This document shows positions 44,453-56,025 of a DNA stretch of 64,000 bases, one piece after another. The DNA is from Candidatus Dormiibacterota bacterium. Lineage in GTDB: Bacteria > Chloroflexota > Dormibacteria > Aeolococcales > Bog-877. Both the position numbers and the translations under genes were made by a program. The number at the start of each line of letters is the position of its first letter. Position 1 is the stretch's first letter. The notes below the pieces were generated by a model. The model did no database searches. It worked only from the letters and a program-made list of their open reading frames with translations, and was not told the DNA's origin. The DNA lies in assembly GCA_027306885.1 (NCBI GenBank), contig DAHUYV010000161.1, forward strand, positions 238 through 64,237, read 5' to 3'.

Positions 44453-45394
44453 ATGGGACAGAAGGTCCACCCCAACGGCTTCCGCCTGGGCGTCTACCGC
44501 AACTGGGACGCGCGCTGGTTCGCCAGCGGCCCCGAGTACACCAAGCTGCTCCAGGAAGACCTGGCGATGCGCGCCCTCATCATGAGTCGGCTCCGCAACG
44601 CCAGCGTCGCTCGGATCGAGACCGAGCGCTCCGCGAACCAGCTGACCATCGTCATCCACACCGCCAAGCCCGGCATCGTGATCGGGCGCAGCGGAGCCGC
44701 CGTCGACGCCCTGCGGGACAACCTGGAGCGGATCTCCGGCAAGAAGGTCAGGGTCACCATCCAGGAGATCAAGACTCCGGAGCTGGACGCCCGGCTGCTG
44801 GCCGAGAACGTCGCTGGTCAGCTGGAGAAGCGCATCGCCTTCCGGCGCGCCGTCAAGCAGTCGGTGATGCGCTCCATGCGGGCGGGCGCCAAGGGCGTCA
44901 AGATCCAGGTCTCCGGTCGGCTGGGCGGCGGTGACATGAGCCGCCGGGAGTGGGACCGCGACGGTCGGGTGCCGTTGCACACCTTGCGGGCAGACGTCGA
45001 GTTCGGTCAGGCGGAGGCCAAGACCACCTTCGGCCAGATCGGGGTCAGCGTCTGGATCTACCGAGGCGACTTCCCGACCCAGGTGACCGCGCCCGCAGCC
45101 GCCGCTTCCGAGTCGGCGCTCGAGGCCCCGGCTCCCCCGGTCCCGCCGGCCGCCGCCGCTCCGGCGGTGCTGGCCGCCCCGGCCGCTCCCGCGGAGGTGG
45201 TCGAGGTGCCCGGACCGAAGGCGACTCCCGCGCCGGTTGTGGAGGGTGCGTCCGCCGAGGCGCCGGCCGCGGCTCCCCGGCGGAGGGCCGCTCGCCCCGC
45301 CGCTCCGGCGGCTGAGGCTGCCAGCGATGCCGCGCCGGTCAGGGTCAGGGCCCCCCGCAAGGCGGCTCCGAAGCCGGAAGGGGAGGCCGGTTGA
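44453..45394 (+). CDS. rpsC: 30S ribosomal protein S3 with an Ala/Pro-rich C-terminal extension of about 90 aa
   Basis: [24 protein letters not shown]… followed by the KH and S3-C domains, then the tail …[31 protein letters not shown]…. Confidence 0.9.
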   Translation: MGQKVHPNGFRLGVYRNWDARWFASGPEYTKLLQEDLAMRALIMSRLRNASVARIETERSANQLTIVIHTAKPGIVIGRSGAAVDALRDNLERISGKKVRVTIQEIKTPELDARLLAENVAGQLEKRIAFRRAVKQSVMRSMRAGAKGVKIQVSGRLGGGDMSRREWDRDGRVPLHTLRADVEFGQAEAKTTFGQIGVSVWIYRGDFPTQVTAPAAAASESALEAPAPPVPPAAAAPAVLAAPAAPAEVVEVPGPKATPAPVVEGASAEAPAAAPRRRAARPAAPAAEAASDAAPVRVRAPRKAAPKPEGEAG

Positions 45395-45395
45395 G

Positions 45396-45830
45396 ATGCT
45401 GATCCCCCGCCGACCCCGGCACCGGAAGGTGCACCGCGGACGTCGGACCGGTGCTGCCCACAGGGGCTCGACGCTGGCCTTTGGTCCCTTCGGGCTCCAG
45501 GCGCTGGAGCCCTGCTGGATGACCAATCGTCAGATTGAAGCCGCTCGGCGCGCGATGACCCGTCACGTGCGCCGGGGTGGCAAGATCTGGATCCGGATCT
45601 TTCCCGATAAGCCGATCACCAAGAAGCCGGCCGAGACCCGAATGGGGTCCGGGAAGGGCAGCCCGGAGGGCTGGGTGTCGGTGGTTCTGCCGGGCCGCAT
45701 CCTCTTCGAGATGGATGGGGTGGGGGCGGACACCGCACGTGAGGCGATGCGCCTCGCCGCCCACAAGCTGCCCGTGAAGACGAGGTTCGTGGTGCGCGAG
45801 GGTGCCGAAAACCAGGAGGCGCCGGTGTGA
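45396..45830 (+). CDS. rplP: 50S ribosomal protein L16
   Basis: [19 protein letters not shown]… ATG 1 nt after the rpsC stop. Confidence 0.9.
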   Translation: MLIPRRPRHRKVHRGRRTGAAHRGSTLAFGPFGLQALEPCWMTNRQIEAARRAMTRHVRRGGKIWIRIFPDKPITKKPAETRMGSGKGSPEGWVSVVLPGRILFEMDGVGADTAREAMRLAAHKLPVKTRFVVREGAENQEAPV

Positions 45831-46054
45831 GCAAGCGCGCAGACGAGCTCCAGCAGCTCCGTGACCAGGACGACTTGGGCCTGGGACAGGTGCTGGCGGA
45901 GCGCCGGCAGGAGCTCCTTCAGCTCCGCCTGCAGCGTGCCACCGGGCAGCTGGAGCAGCACCGGCGGATTCGCGAGGTGCGGCGCGGCGTTGCCCGGGTG
46001 GAGACCCTGCTTCGGGCCCGTCATCTGACCGATGAGGCGGAGGAGGCCGGATGA
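45827..46054 (+). CDS. rpmC: 50S ribosomal protein L29
   Basis: Family match and order. Confidence 0.85.
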   Translation: MSKRADELQQLRDQDDLGLGQVLAERRQELLQLRLQRATGQLEQHRRIREVRRGVARVETLLRARHLTDEAEEAG

Positions 46055-46320
46055 TCGAAGAGGCAGAGGTCCGCGGGCGCCGCAAGGTGCGGGTGGGTCT
46101 GGTGGTGAGCGATCGGATGGAGAAGACCGTGGTGGTCCAGGTCGAGGACCTGAGGGCTCACAACCTGTACCGCAAGGTGCTGCGCCGACGCCGTCGCTTC
46201 CAGGCCCACGACGAGGCCAACGAGGCCCGCACCGGGGATCGGGTGCGGATCATGGAGACCCGCCCGCTGAGCCGGACCAAGCGCTGGCGGGTGGTCGAGA
46301 TTGTTGAGAGGGCCCGCTGA
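46051..46320 (+). CDS. rpsQ: 30S ribosomal protein S17
   Basis: Family match and order. Confidence 0.9.
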   Translation: MIEEAEVRGRRKVRVGLVVSDRMEKTVVVQVEDLRAHNLYRKVLRRRRRFQAHDEANEARTGDRVRIMETRPLSRTKRWRVVEIVERAR

Positions 46321-46323
46321 GCC

Positions 46324-46692
46324 GTGATTCAGCAGGAGACGGTGCTCAAGGTGGCCGACAACAGCGGCGCTCGGGAGATCCTCTGCATCCGGGTGCTGGG
46401 AGGCTCCTACCGTCGGTATGCCTCCCTGGGGGACATCATCGTGGCCGCCGTCAAGGTCGCCCAGCCGAATTCCGGCGTGAAGAAGGGCGACGTGGTCAAG
46501 GCGGTGGTGGTGCGCACCGCCAAGGAGTGCCGCCGTCCCGATGGGACCCGGATCCGGTTCGATGACAACGCCGCCGTTCTGATCAACCCCCAGAACAACC
46601 CCCGCGGCACCCGGATCTTCGGGCCGGTGGCGCGGGAGCTGCGGGAGCGCAACTTCATGAAGATCGTCTCTCTGGCTCCGGAGGTGCTCTGA
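46324..46692 (+). CDS. rplN: 50S ribosomal protein L14
   Basis: [27 protein letters not shown]…. Confidence 0.95.
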   Translation: MIQQETVLKVADNSGAREILCIRVLGGSYRRYASLGDIIVAAVKVAQPNSGVKKGDVVKAVVVRTAKECRRPDGTRIRFDDNAAVLINPQNNPRGTRIFGPVARELRERNFMKIVSLAPEVL

Positions 46693-47075
46693 TGCGGCGT
46701 CGTGAAGCCAGCAACGTCACCCGGCACGGCAAGCCGCTGGAGATCCGTTCCGGCGACACCGTGGTGGTGATCTCTGGGGCGGAGCGGGGCAAGCGGGGGG
46801 TGGTGCAGCGCACCTACGCCATCCGGCGCCGGATCGTGGTCGAGGGCGTCAACATCCGCAAGCGCCATCAGCGCTCCGGCCAGCAACGGGGCGGGACCGC
46901 GGCGCTTCAGGGCGGGGTGATCGACTTCCCGGCGCCGTTCGACTACAGCAACGTCCAACTGGTGTGCCCCAAGTGCGACAGCCCCACCCGGCTCGGGCAT
47001 CGGGTCGACGGTGAGCACATGGTGCCCTTCTGCAAGCGCTGCGGAGAGGCCTACCTCAGGGCGCCCAGGGCATGA
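46692..47075 (+). CDS. rplX: 50S ribosomal protein L24 with a C-terminal C4 zinc-ribbon extension
   Basis: KOW motif ([18 protein letters not shown]), then a tail …[32 protein letters not shown]. Confidence 0.85.
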   Translation: MRRREASNVTRHGKPLEIRSGDTVVVISGAERGKRGVVQRTYAIRRRIVVEGVNIRKRHQRSGQQRGGTAALQGGVIDFPAPFDYSNVQLVCPKCDSPTRLGHRVDGEHMVPFCKRCGEAYLRAPRA

Positions 47076-47623
47076 GCGTGGTGATGCGACCACGATTCGT
47101 GGAGCTCTACCGGGAGACCGTGGTGCCGGCGCTGATCGCCGAGTTCGGCTATCTCAACGTCATGCAGGTGCCGCGGGTGGAGAAGGTGGTGGTCAACATC
47201 GGCATCGGCGAGGCGGTGCAGAACGCCAAGGCGCTCGACGCCGCCACCACCGACCTGCGGACGATCACCGGGCAGCAGCCGGCGGTGCGCAAGGCGCGCA
47301 AGTCGGTGGCGGCCTTCAAGCTGCGGGCGGGCATGCCGGTCGGCCTCAAGGTGACGCTGCGCGGCGACCGCATGATGGAGTTCCTCGACCGCCTGATCAG
47401 CGTGGCGCTGCCCCGGATCCGTGACTTCCGGGGCCTCGCCGCCCATTTCGACGGGCACGGTAACCTGACCCTGGGCCTTCGGGAGCAGCTGGTGTTTCCC
47501 GAGGTCGACTACGACAAGATCGACAAGCTGAGGGGCCTGGAGATCACGATCGTGACCACCGCTCAGACCGACGCCGAGGGCCGCAGCCTTCTGGCGGGGC
47601 TGGGCATGCCCTTCCGGCGTTAG
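47072..47623 (+). CDS. rplE: 50S ribosomal protein L5
   Basis: Family match and order. Confidence 0.95.
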   Translation: MSVVMRPRFVELYRETVVPALIAEFGYLNVMQVPRVEKVVVNIGIGEAVQNAKALDAATTDLRTITGQQPAVRKARKSVAAFKLRAGMPVGLKVTLRGDRMMEFLDRLISVALPRIRDFRGLAAHFDGHGNLTLGLREQLVFPEVDYDKIDKLRGLEITIVTTAQTDAEGRSLLAGLGMPFRR

Positions 47624-47637
47624 GCAAGGAGACCCAG

Positions 47638-47823
47638 TTGGCGAAGAAGTCGAAGATCATGGCCAGCCGGCGGGCCCCGCGGTTCCCGGTGCAGGCTCGC
47701 TCGCGCTGCAACCTGTGTGGCCGGCCGCGCGGGTACATGCGCAAGTTCGGGCTGTGCCGGATCTGCTTCCGCACCCATGCATCCCAGGGGCAGATCCCTG
47801 GCGTGCGCAAGTCGAGTTGGTGA
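47638..47823 (+). CDS. rpsZ: 30S ribosomal protein S14 type Z (zinc-binding)
   Basis: 61 aa: [22 protein letters not shown] is the C4 zinc ribbon. Confidence 0.9.
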   Translation: MAKKSKIMASRRAPRFPVQARSRCNLCGRPRGYMRKFGLCRICFRTHASQGQIPGVRKSSW

Positions 47824-47830
47824 GCCGGTC

Positions 47831-48226
47831 GTGCTGACTGATCCCATCGCCGACATGCTGACGCGGGTGCGGAACGCGAACCTCGCCGGCCACCGCCGGG
47901 TGGACATGCCCACGAGCAAGGTGAAGGTCGAGATCGCCCGCGTCCTGAAGGATGAGGGCTACCTGGTCGCCTACGGCGTCGAGGGCGAGGCCCCGCGCCA
48001 GGTGCTCTGGCTGGAGCTGAAGGTGGCCCCCAAGAGTCAGCGCGTTCTCCAGGGGATCCGCCGGGTGAGCCGGCCGGGGCTGCGCGTGTACCGCGGCCGC
48101 GACGAGCTTCCCCGGGTGCTGAGCGGGCTCGGGGTGGCGATCGTCTCGACTCCGCAGGGGATCATGTCCGGGCGGCAGGCTCGCCAGCTGGGGATCGGCG
48201 GCGAAGTGCTGGCCGAGGTCTGGTAG
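47831..48226 (+). CDS. rpsH: 30S ribosomal protein S8
   Basis: (V)LTDPIADMLTRVRNANLAGH… GTG start. Confidence 0.9.
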   Translation: MLTDPIADMLTRVRNANLAGHRRVDMPTSKVKVEIARVLKDEGYLVAYGVEGEAPRQVLWLELKVAPKSQRVLQGIRRVSRPGLRVYRGRDELPRVLSGLGVAIVSTPQGIMSGRQARQLGIGGEVLAEVW

Positions 48227-48234
48227 GGGAGCCG

Positions 48235-48783
48235 ATGTCCAGGATTGGCAGATCGCCCATTGCGGTCCCCTCCGGGGTCACGGTGACCATCGAGGGCAGC
48301 ACGGTCAAGGTCTCGGGTCCGCTGGGGAACCTCCAGCGGGCGCTGCCGCACCCGATCACCGCCCGGCAGGCGGACGGTGCGGTGACGGTGGAGCGTCCCA
48401 CCGACTCGGCACCGAACCGCTCGCTGCATGGGCTCAGCCGGACCCTCGTGGCCAACATGGTCACGGGCGTCACCACCGGCTTCCGTCGGGAGCTGGAGCT
48501 GGTCGGGGTCGGCTACCGCGCCAGCCTCCAGGGGGCCGACCTTCAGCTCTCGCTCGGTTACTCTCATCCGATCCGGATCAGCCCGCCGCCGGGCGTCAGG
48601 ATCGAGGTGCCAGAGCCGACCCGGGTCGCGGTGAGCGGCAACGACAAGGAGGCCGTGGGTCAGCTGGCGGCGCGCATCAGGGCCACAAGGCGTCCGGAGC
48701 CCTACAAGGGCAAGGGGGTCAGATACCGCGGCGAGGTGGTGCGGCGCAAGGCCGGCAAGAGCGGCAAGGGAGCCAAGGGCTGA
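48235..48783 (+). CDS. rplF: 50S ribosomal protein L6
   Basis: Family match and order. Confidence 0.95.
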   Translation: MSRIGRSPIAVPSGVTVTIEGSTVKVSGPLGNLQRALPHPITARQADGAVTVERPTDSAPNRSLHGLSRTLVANMVTGVTTGFRRELELVGVGYRASLQGADLQLSLGYSHPIRISPPPGVRIEVPEPTRVAVSGNDKEAVGQLAARIRATRRPEPYKGKGVRYRGEVVRRKAGKSGKGAKG

Positions 48784-48784
48784 G

Positions 48785-49141
48785 ATGAGTTTTGATGATC
48801 GGGAGCTGGCTCGGGGCCGGCGCCACCGCCGGGTGCGCAAGCGCGTATCGGGAACCGGGGAGCGCCCTCGCCTGTGCGTCTACCGGAGCCTCCGTCATGT
48901 CTACGCCCAGGTTGTCGACGACGATCTGGGGCGCACCCTGGTGGCGGCCAGCACCAACGAGGCGGCGGCTGGGGCCCGCGGCTGCAACCGCCTTACCGCG
49001 GCCGCGGTGGGCAGGCTGCTCGGCGAGCGGGCCAAGGCGGCCGGCGTCACCCGGGTGGTCTTCGACCGCGGTGGATACCTGTACCACGGCCGGGTTCAGG
49101 CCCTGGCCGACGCGGCTCGCGAGACCGGCTTGGACTTCTGA
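48785..49141 (+). CDS. rplR: 50S ribosomal protein L18
   Basis: Family match and order. Confidence 0.9.
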   Translation: MSFDDRELARGRRHRRVRKRVSGTGERPRLCVYRSLRHVYAQVVDDDLGRTLVAASTNEAAAGARGCNRLTAAAVGRLLGERAKAAGVTRVVFDRGGYLYHGRVQALADAARETGLDF

Positions 49142-49151
49142 GGGCTAGAGC

Positions 49152-49706
49152 ATGAGCATGAACATGAGCCGGTCGGACCGTGAGTCCCGCGGCGAGTTCG
49201 CCGAGCGGGTGGTGAGCCTGAACCGCGTGGCCAAGGTGGTCAAGGGGGGCCGGCGGTTCTCGTTCAGCGCCCTGGTGGTCGTCGGTGACGGCGCCGGTCG
49301 GGTGGGTGCCGGTCTGGGCAAGGCCGGAGAGGTCCCTGAGGCCATCCGGAAGGGGGTCGAGGACGCCAAGAAGCACATGACGGCGGTCCCGATGGTGGGC
49401 CGCACCATCCCGCACGCGGTTCTGCACAAGGAGGGGGCGGCCAGGGTGCTGCTCCGGCCGGCCTCGCCAGGGACCGGGGTGATCTCCGGCGGCGCGATGC
49501 GGGCGGTGGTGGAGCTGGCTGGGATCAAGGACATCCTCACCAAGTCGCTGGGCAGCGACAACCCGATCAACACGGTTAGGGCCACGATCGCCGCCCTGCA
49601 GCAGCTGCGGACCGCCGAGACCGTGGCCCAGCTGAGGGGCCGGACCTTGACCCAGCTGGGAGTGCGGAGCTCGGTGGCGGAGCCCCAGGAGGCTGAGGTT
49701 GGCTGA
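49152..49706 (+). CDS. rpsE: 30S ribosomal protein S5
   Basis: …[30 protein letters not shown]…. Confidence 0.95.
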   Translation: MSMNMSRSDRESRGEFAERVVSLNRVAKVVKGGRRFSFSALVVVGDGAGRVGAGLGKAGEVPEAIRKGVEDAKKHMTAVPMVGRTIPHAVLHKEGAARVLLRPASPGTGVISGGAMRAVVELAGIKDILTKSLGSDNPINTVRATIAALQQLRTAETVAQLRGRTLTQLGVRSSVAEPQEAEVG

Positions 49707-49917
49707 GCAGCGGGTGCGGGTCACCTGGACCAAGAGCGCGATCGGGTACGCTGGCAACCAGAAGCGGACGATCGCGGCTCTGGGGTTGCGGCGACTGCAC
49801 CAGACCGTGGAGCATGCTGACGGACCCGCGGTGCGCGGGATGATCGCCACCGTGTGCCACTTGGTGCGCGTCGAGGAGGTGCCCGCGGCGGACGGCCAGA
49901 AGGAGGCTTCCGAGTGA
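49699..49917 (+). CDS. rpmD: 50S ribosomal protein L30
   Basis: Family match and order. Confidence 0.85.
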   Translation: MAEQRVRVTWTKSAIGYAGNQKRTIAALGLRRLHQTVEHADGPAVRGMIATVCHLVRVEEVPAADGQKEASE

Positions 49918-50402
49918 GACTGGACGAGGTTCGGCCGCCCAAGGGCAGCCGACGGCCCCGGACCCGCGTCGGGCGGGGAAGCTCCGCGGGGGGTGGCAAG
50001 ACCGCTGGCCGTGGCCAGAAGGGCCAGGGTGCACGCAGCTCCTGGAGCCTGCCCCGCGGGTTCGAGGGTGGGCAGATGCCGCTCACCCAGCGGGTGCCCA
50101 AGCTCCGGGGCTTCTACAACCGTTTCCGGGTCGAGTACCAGGTGGTCAACTGCGCCAAGCTCAGCCGCTTCGCCGCCGGGACTGAGGTCGACGCCGAGGC
50201 TCTGCGCAAGGCGGGGCTGGTCCGAAGGGTGGGGGCGCCGGTGAAGCTGCTGGCCGGTGGATCGGCCACCATCCCCGCGCTCACGCTTCGGGTGAACCGG
50301 GCCAGCCGCGCCGCCATCGAGGTGATCAGGGCGGCCGGTGGTGAGGTGGTCCTGATCGCTGCGGCCCCGCCCGCCGAGGAGGCTGCGGACAGCAACTCAT
50401 GA
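49914..50402 (+). CDS. rplO: 50S ribosomal protein L15
   Basis: (V)[37 protein letters not shown]… GTG start overlapping the rpmD stop. Confidence 0.9.
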   Translation: MRLDEVRPPKGSRRPRTRVGRGSSAGGGKTAGRGQKGQGARSSWSLPRGFEGGQMPLTQRVPKLRGFYNRFRVEYQVVNCAKLSRFAAGTEVDAEALRKAGLVRRVGAPVKLLAGGSATIPALTLRVNRASRAAIEVIRAAGGEVVLIAAAPPAEEAADSNS

Positions 50403-51754
50403 ACCTGTTCGGGGCGCTGCGCGCCGCCATGCAGGTTCCGGAGCTGCGGCGCAAGCTGCTGATCACCATCGGGCTCCTGGTGGTGTTCCGAATGCTGGCC
50501 ACGATCACCATCCCCGGGGTCAACGGGGTGGCGCTGCGCCAGCTGTACCAGGGCAACAGCCTGCTCGGGCTGATCAACCTCTTCTCCGGCAGCGGGATCG
50601 CCACCGGGGGGAGCAGCGCCGGGATCTCGATCGTCGCGCTGGGCCTTAATCCCTACATCAACGCCACGATCATCATGCAGCTGATGACGGTGATCTCCAC
50701 CCGGGTCAAGGAGCTCTCCAAGGAGGGCGACCTGGGCCGGCGGCGCCTCACCCAGTACGCCCGCTACCTGACGGTGGCGCTGGCCCTTCTCCAGGCCTTC
50801 GGGTACACCCGGCTCTTCGAGAGCTACAGCTTCCAGGGCATCTCCATCCTGCCCTCCAACATCTCCATCGCCGAGACCCTGGGCATCATCGTGGTGCTCA
50901 CCGGGGGCACGGTGATCATCATGTGGTTCGGGGAGCTGATCACCGAGTACGGGCTGGGCAACGGGGTGTCGATCATCATCATGGCGGGGATCCTGGCGCA
51001 GATCCCCGCCACGGTGATCTCCTTCACCAACGGGGGCCAGGCCCAGACTTTCACCATCTTCATCTTCGCGGTGATCGCGGTCCTGGTGTCCGCCGGGATC
51101 ATCTTTGTCCAGCAGGCCACCCGCAAGATACCGATCCAGTCCTCTCAGCGGGTGGTGGGGCGCCAGGTCTACCAGGGTCGGAGCAGCTTCCTGCCCCTCA
51201 GGGTCAACCAGGCCGGGGTGATTCCCATCATCTTCGCCATCTCGATCATGTTCTTCCCCCAGATCTTCAGCAACTTCTTCCTGCCCCCGGCGGGGCAGAG
51301 CGGCGGGGTGGTCGGCCACGTCGCCACCTGGTTCCACACCTACTGGACCCCGACCGGCCCGGACATCCTGCTGAACGTCGTTTACCAGCTTCTCTACTTC
51401 GGGCTGATCATGGGTTTCACCTTCTTCTACACCGCGGTCACCTTCGATCCCGAGGACGCCGCCGACAACCTGAAGAAGAGCGCCACCTACATACCCGGGA
51501 TCCGGCCGGGGAAGGCGACCGCCGACTACCTGGCCCGGGTCATGAGTCGGATCACGCTGGCGGGCGCCATCTTCCTTGGGTCGATCACCGTGGTGCTGCC
51601 CCTGCTCACCGCCTTCCTCACCGGCCAGCAGCTGAACAGCGGTCTGTACCTGGGGGGCACGGCTATCCTGATCGTGGTGGGGGTGTCGCTGGACACCATG
51701 AAGCAGCTGGAAACCCAACTTCTGATGCGGCAGTATCGGGGCTTCATTCGCTGA
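50399..51754 (+). CDS. secY: Preprotein translocase subunit SecY
   Basis: 451 aa with 10 transmembrane segments; conserved …LRRKLLITIGLLVVFR… start. Confidence 0.95.
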   Translation: MNLFGALRAAMQVPELRRKLLITIGLLVVFRMLATITIPGVNGVALRQLYQGNSLLGLINLFSGSGIATGGSSAGISIVALGLNPYINATIIMQLMTVISTRVKELSKEGDLGRRRLTQYARYLTVALALLQAFGYTRLFESYSFQGISILPSNISIAETLGIIVVLTGGTVIIMWFGELITEYGLGNGVSIIIMAGILAQIPATVISFTNGGQAQTFTIFIFAVIAVLVSAGIIFVQQATRKIPIQSSQRVVGRQVYQGRSSFLPLRVNQAGVIPIIFAISIMFFPQIFSNFFLPPAGQSGGVVGHVATWFHTYWTPTGPDILLNVVYQLLYFGLIMGFTFFYTAVTFDPEDAADNLKKSATYIPGIRPGKATADYLARVMSRITLAGAIFLGSITVVLPLLTAFLTGQQLNSGLYLGGTAILIVVGVSLDTMKQLETQLLMRQYRGFIR

Positions 51755-51760
51755 GGGAGG

Positions 51761-52345
51761 GTGATGGGAGGTCAGGGACTGCGGCGGCGGCTGATCCTCT
51801 TCGGGGCTCCGGGGTCGGGCAAGGGCACCCAGGCCGAATTGCTGCGGCAGCGGTACGATCTCGATCACATCGCCCCCGGTGACATGCTGCGCGAGCATCG
51901 CGCGGCCGGGACTGAGCTGGGGCATCTGGCCTCGGAGTACATGGCCGCGGGCAAGCTGGTTCCCGACGAGCTGATCGTGAACATGATCAGGCACCGTCTC
52001 GAGGACGACGGCGACGCCAAGGGATTCGTCCTGGACGGATTTCCCCGAACCGTGCCTCAGGCTCGGTCACTTCAGGAGCTCCTGGAGAAGATGGACCGGC
52101 CGATCGACCTGGTGGCGGTGCTGGACGTGCCTGAGGAGGAGTTGGTGGCCCGCCTCTCGCGGCGCGCCACCGAGGAGCGGCGCGAGGACGACACCCCGGA
52201 GATCATCTCCGAGCGGCTCCGCGTGTATCGGGTGCAGACCGAGCCGGTCCTGGAGTACCTCGGGGACCTGGTGCCGGTGCTCCGCCTGGACGGGCGGGGC
52301 AGCGTGGAGGAGGTCAACGGCGCTCTGGTGCAGGCGATAGGTTGA
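51761..52345 (+). CDS. adk: Adenylate kinase (short form, no zinc lid)
   Basis: P-loop GAPGSGKGTQAELL…. Confidence 0.95.
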   Translation: MMGGQGLRRRLILFGAPGSGKGTQAELLRQRYDLDHIAPGDMLREHRAAGTELGHLASEYMAAGKLVPDELIVNMIRHRLEDDGDAKGFVLDGFPRTVPQARSLQELLEKMDRPIDLVAVLDVPEEELVARLSRRATEERREDDTPEIISERLRVYRVQTEPVLEYLGDLVPVLRLDGRGSVEEVNGALVQAIG

Positions 52346-53103
52346 TCACCCTGAAGCGGCCCGAGGAGCTCGCGCTCATGCGTGAGGCCGGGCGCCGGCT
52401 GGCGGAGGTGCTGGCCGTGCTGGCGGCCGCGGTCCGGCCCGGGATCACCACGGCCGACCTGGACCGGGTGGCCAACCGGGAGATCCGCCGCCGGGAGAGC
52501 TTTCCCGGGTTTCTCGGCTACGACGGCTTCCCCAAGCATCTCTGCGTCTCGGTGCAGGAGGAGGTGGTGCACGGCATCCCCGGGCGGCGCCCGCTGCGGG
52601 ACGGCGACCTGGTCAGCCTGGACTGCGGACTGATCTACAAGGGATGGTGGGCCGATGCCGGCCTCACCGTGGCCTGCGGAGATGTCGACGCGGAGGGCCA
52701 GCGACTGATCCAGGTGACGCGGGAGGCGCTGCGAGTGGGGATCGAGGAGGCTCGACCGGGGCGCCGCCTCGGCGACATCGGGGCCGCCGTCCAGCGCCAT
52801 GTGGAGGAGAACGGCTTCTCCATCGTGCGGGGCTACACCGGCCACGGGATCGGGCGCGACATGCACGAGGACCCGGAGGTGCCCAACTTCGGCACCCCGG
52901 GCAAGGGGCTGGAGATCCGCCCGGGACTCTGTCTCGCCATCGAGCCGATCGTCAACGAGGGCACCCCAGCCACCCGGGTGCAGCCGGACCAGTGGACGGT
53001 TGTGACCGCGGACGGGCGCCGTTCCTGCTACTTCGAGCACACCGTGGCGGTCACCGCCGAGGGCCCGGAGGTGCTGACGGCCGTCCCGGTGGCGGCGGGG
53101 TGA
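52342..53103 (+). CDS. map: Methionine aminopeptidase type I
   Basis: Family match. Confidence 0.9.
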   Translation: MITLKRPEELALMREAGRRLAEVLAVLAAAVRPGITTADLDRVANREIRRRESFPGFLGYDGFPKHLCVSVQEEVVHGIPGRRPLRDGDLVSLDCGLIYKGWWADAGLTVACGDVDAEGQRLIQVTREALRVGIEEARPGRRLGDIGAAVQRHVEENGFSIVRGYTGHGIGRDMHEDPEVPNFGTPGKGLEIRPGLCLAIEPIVNEGTPATRVQPDQWTVVTADGRRSCYFEHTVAVTAEGPEVLTAVPVAAG

Positions 53104-53184
53104 GGGTGGAAGGCCACCTGGTCCGGGTTCATCGGGTATACTTCCGACGGGCGAATCCCGGCTGGGTTTCGTGCGCCCTTCATC

Positions 53185-53397
53185 GTGAGTGACCCTGGTC
53201 AGCTCCAGGGTCGGATACTTGAGTCCCTGCCCAACTCGCTCTATCGGGTAGAGCTGCCAGGCGGGGCCAAGGTGGTGGCGCACGCAGCAGGCCGGGCCCG
53301 TCTGGCGAGCGTGCGGCTCCTGCCCGGAGACAGGGTCGTGGTCGAGCTGTCGGCCACGGACCCCGGAAGGGGCCGGATCCTGGCCAGGGTGGTGTGA
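53185..53397 (+). CDS. infA: Translation initiation factor IF-1
   Basis: …GRILESLPNSLYRVELPGGAKVVAHAAGRARLASVRLLPGDRVVVELS…. Confidence 0.9.
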   Translation: MSDPGQLQGRILESLPNSLYRVELPGGAKVVAHAAGRARLASVRLLPGDRVVVELSATDPGRGRILARVV

Positions 53398-53418
53398 CGG
53401 CGGTTTGAGGAGTTGGCA

Positions 53419-53532
53419 GTGAAGGTCCGGGCCTCGGTGAAGAGGATCTGCACCAAGTGCAAGGTGATCCGGCGCTCGGGCACGGTCCGAGTGATCTGCG
53501 AAAACCCCAAGCACAAGCAGCGACAGGGTTAG
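53419..53532 (+). CDS. rpmJ: 50S ribosomal protein L36
   Basis: Hand-translated 37 aa: (V)[36 protein letters not shown]. Below the ORF-track size cutoff. Confidence 0.85.
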   Translation: MKVRASVKRICTKCKVIRRSGTVRVICENPKHKQRQG

Positions 53533-53543
53533 GAGGGCGGCTG

Positions 53544-53927
53544 ATGGCGAGGATCGCTGGCGTCGACCTTCCCCGGGACAAGCGGATCGAGATCGCCCTC
53601 ACCTACGTGTACGGGATCGGCCCGACCACCAGCCGCAAGGTCCTGCGGATCGCCCAGATCGATCCTGACATCAAGTCGGGTGAGCTGTCCGAGGCGCAGG
53701 TCAGCCGGCTCCGGGACGTGGTGGCCAAGGAGCTGCCCGGCCGGGTCGAGGGTGACCTTCGGCGCCAGGTGGCGCTCAACATCAAGCGGCTCATGGAGAT
53801 CGGCACCTACCGGGGGCTGCGCCATCGGCGCGGGCTGCCGGTGAGGGGCCAGCGGACCCGGACCAACGCCAGGGCGCGGCGCGGGCCCCGCAAGACCGTG
53901 GGCGTGCGGCGGAAGAAGGGCAAGTAG
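53544..53927 (+). CDS. rpsM: 30S ribosomal protein S13
   Basis: [26 protein letters not shown]… Inner ATG chosen. Confidence 0.95.
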   Translation: MARIAGVDLPRDKRIEIALTYVYGIGPTTSRKVLRIAQIDPDIKSGELSEAQVSRLRDVVAKELPGRVEGDLRRQVALNIKRLMEIGTYRGLRHRRGLPVRGQRTRTNARARRGPRKTVGVRRKKGK

Positions 53928-53973
53928 CGGCTGGCCCCGGGGATCCCGGGGTGGGCCTTGCTGAGGAGACGGT

Positions 53974-54369
<396 letters not shown>

Positions 54370-54373
54370 GGCG

Positions 54374-55006
54374 ATGGGCAATCCACACAACCCGGTCTGC
54401 CGGCTCTGCCGGCGCGAGGGGGTGAAGCTCTTCCTCAAGGGCGAGAAGTGCGTCGGGGACCGCTGCACCTTCACCAAGCGCAACGCGACCCCACCAGGGC
54501 AACACGGCATGGCCCGGCGCCGCCGGATCAGCGAGTATGGGATCCAGCTCCGCGCCAAGCAGCGGGGGCGGCGGGTGTACGGGGTCATGGAGACCCAGTT
54601 CCAGAACTACTTCGAGCGGGCCTCGTCGGGCAAGGGCGTGACCGGGACCGTGCTCCTGCAGATGCTGGAGCAGCGGCTGGACAACGTGGTCTACCGGGCC
54701 GGCTTCGCCAGCTCTCGGCGTGAGGCGCGGCAGCTGGTCAGCCACCGTCACTTCCAGGTCGACGGCCGGGTGGTGAACATTCCCTCGTACCAGCTCCGGC
54801 CCGGGCAGGTGGTCCAGGTGCGGTCCGGCCACGCGGAGAAGGAGCCGATCACGCGGTCGGTGGACTCCCGAGGCGGGCAGGCGGTCCCCAGCTGGCTGAC
54901 CCTCTATCCGGAAGAGCTGCGAGTCGACGTCAGCCGCCTGCCCGAGCGCGGGGAGATGGAGACCAGCATCGACGAGCAGTTGATCGTCGAGTACTACTCC
55001 CGCTAA
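54374..55006 (+). CDS. rpsD: 30S ribosomal protein S4 (with N-terminal C4 zinc finger)
   Basis: …CRLCRREGVKLFLKGEKCVGDRC…. Confidence 0.95.
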   Translation: MGNPHNPVCRLCRREGVKLFLKGEKCVGDRCTFTKRNATPPGQHGMARRRRISEYGIQLRAKQRGRRVYGVMETQFQNYFERASSGKGVTGTVLLQMLEQRLDNVVYRAGFASSRREARQLVSHRHFQVDGRVVNIPSYQLRPGQVVQVRSGHAEKEPITRSVDSRGGQAVPSWLTLYPEELRVDVSRLPERGEMETSIDEQLIVEYYSR

Positions 55007-55049
55007 ACCCGGGGCGACAGCGCCCCCAGCCTAAAGGAACTCACTGCTG

Positions 55050-56024
55050 ATGCCAGAGACTGCGATCCAACCAACGGTCCGGGAAGTATCCAGCTCGCGC
55101 GACCACGGTCGCTTCGAGATCGAGCCGCTCGAGACCGGCTACGGGACCACCCTCGGTAACTCGCTGCGCCGGGTGCTGCTCTCCTCGCTCACCGGCGCCG
55201 CGGTCACCGCCGTGTCGATCGAGGGTGTGGCCCACGAGTTCTCCAGCATCAAGCACGTGAAGGAGGACGTGGGCGAGATCCTGCTCAACCTGAAGCAGCT
55301 CGCCCTCACCTGCCACAACCCCGACGGAGCCCACCTCAGCCTGGACGTGCACGGACCCCGCCGGGTCACCGCCGCGGACATCACCCCCAACTCCGACGCC
55401 GAGATCGCCAACCCCGATCTCTACATCTGCACCCTGGACGGTGCCCAGGCTTCCCTGCGGATGGAGCTGACGGTCGAGCTGGGGCGCGGCTACTCGACGG
55501 CGGAGCGCAACAAGCGCGAGGGCCAGCCGATCGGGGTCATCTCGGTCGACGCGCTCTTCACCCCGGTCAGCAAGGCCAACTTCCTGGTGGAGCGCACCCG
55601 CGTCGGCCAGGACACCGACTGGGAGAAGCTGACCCTTGAGGTCTGGACCAACGGGACCATCACTCCAGTTGAGGCGGTGAGCCGAGCCGCCCAGTACTAC
55701 ACCCGCCACCTCAGCCTCTTCTCCAGCTTCGGTGACAGCCTGACCGCCGCCACCGACGCCGTGGCGCGAGAGGCGGACGCCAAGAGCCGGCTTAACGAGG
55801 TGCCGGTGGAGGACCTGGAGCTCAGTGTCCGAGCCCTGAACTGCCTCAAGGCCAACGACATCACCAAGCTTGGGGACCTGTTGGCGATGCGCCTCGAGGA
55901 GCTGATGGCGCTGCGCAACTTCGGCACCAAGTCGCTCGACGAGATCAAGCAGAAGCTGGTGGCCAAGGGGTTCGTCCCGGAGGACGAGATCGACTCGGTC
56001 TTCCAGCCGGGCGAGCACGCCTGA
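55050..56024 (+). CDS. rpoA: DNA-directed RNA polymerase subunit alpha
   Basis: 324 aa with N-terminal domain and C-terminal domain (…LELSVRALNCLKANDITKLGDLL…). Confidence 0.95.
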   Translation: MPETAIQPTVREVSSSRDHGRFEIEPLETGYGTTLGNSLRRVLLSSLTGAAVTAVSIEGVAHEFSSIKHVKEDVGEILLNLKQLALTCHNPDGAHLSLDVHGPRRVTAADITPNSDAEIANPDLYICTLDGAQASLRMELTVELGRGYSTAERNKREGQPIGVISVDALFTPVSKANFLVERTRVGQDTDWEKLTLEVWTNGTITPVEAVSRAAQYYTRHLSLFSSFGDSLTAATDAVAREADAKSRLNEVPVEDLELSVRALNCLKANDITKLGDLLAMRLEELMALRNFGTKSLDEIKQKLVAKGFVPEDEIDSVFQPGEHA

Positions 56025-56025
56025 G

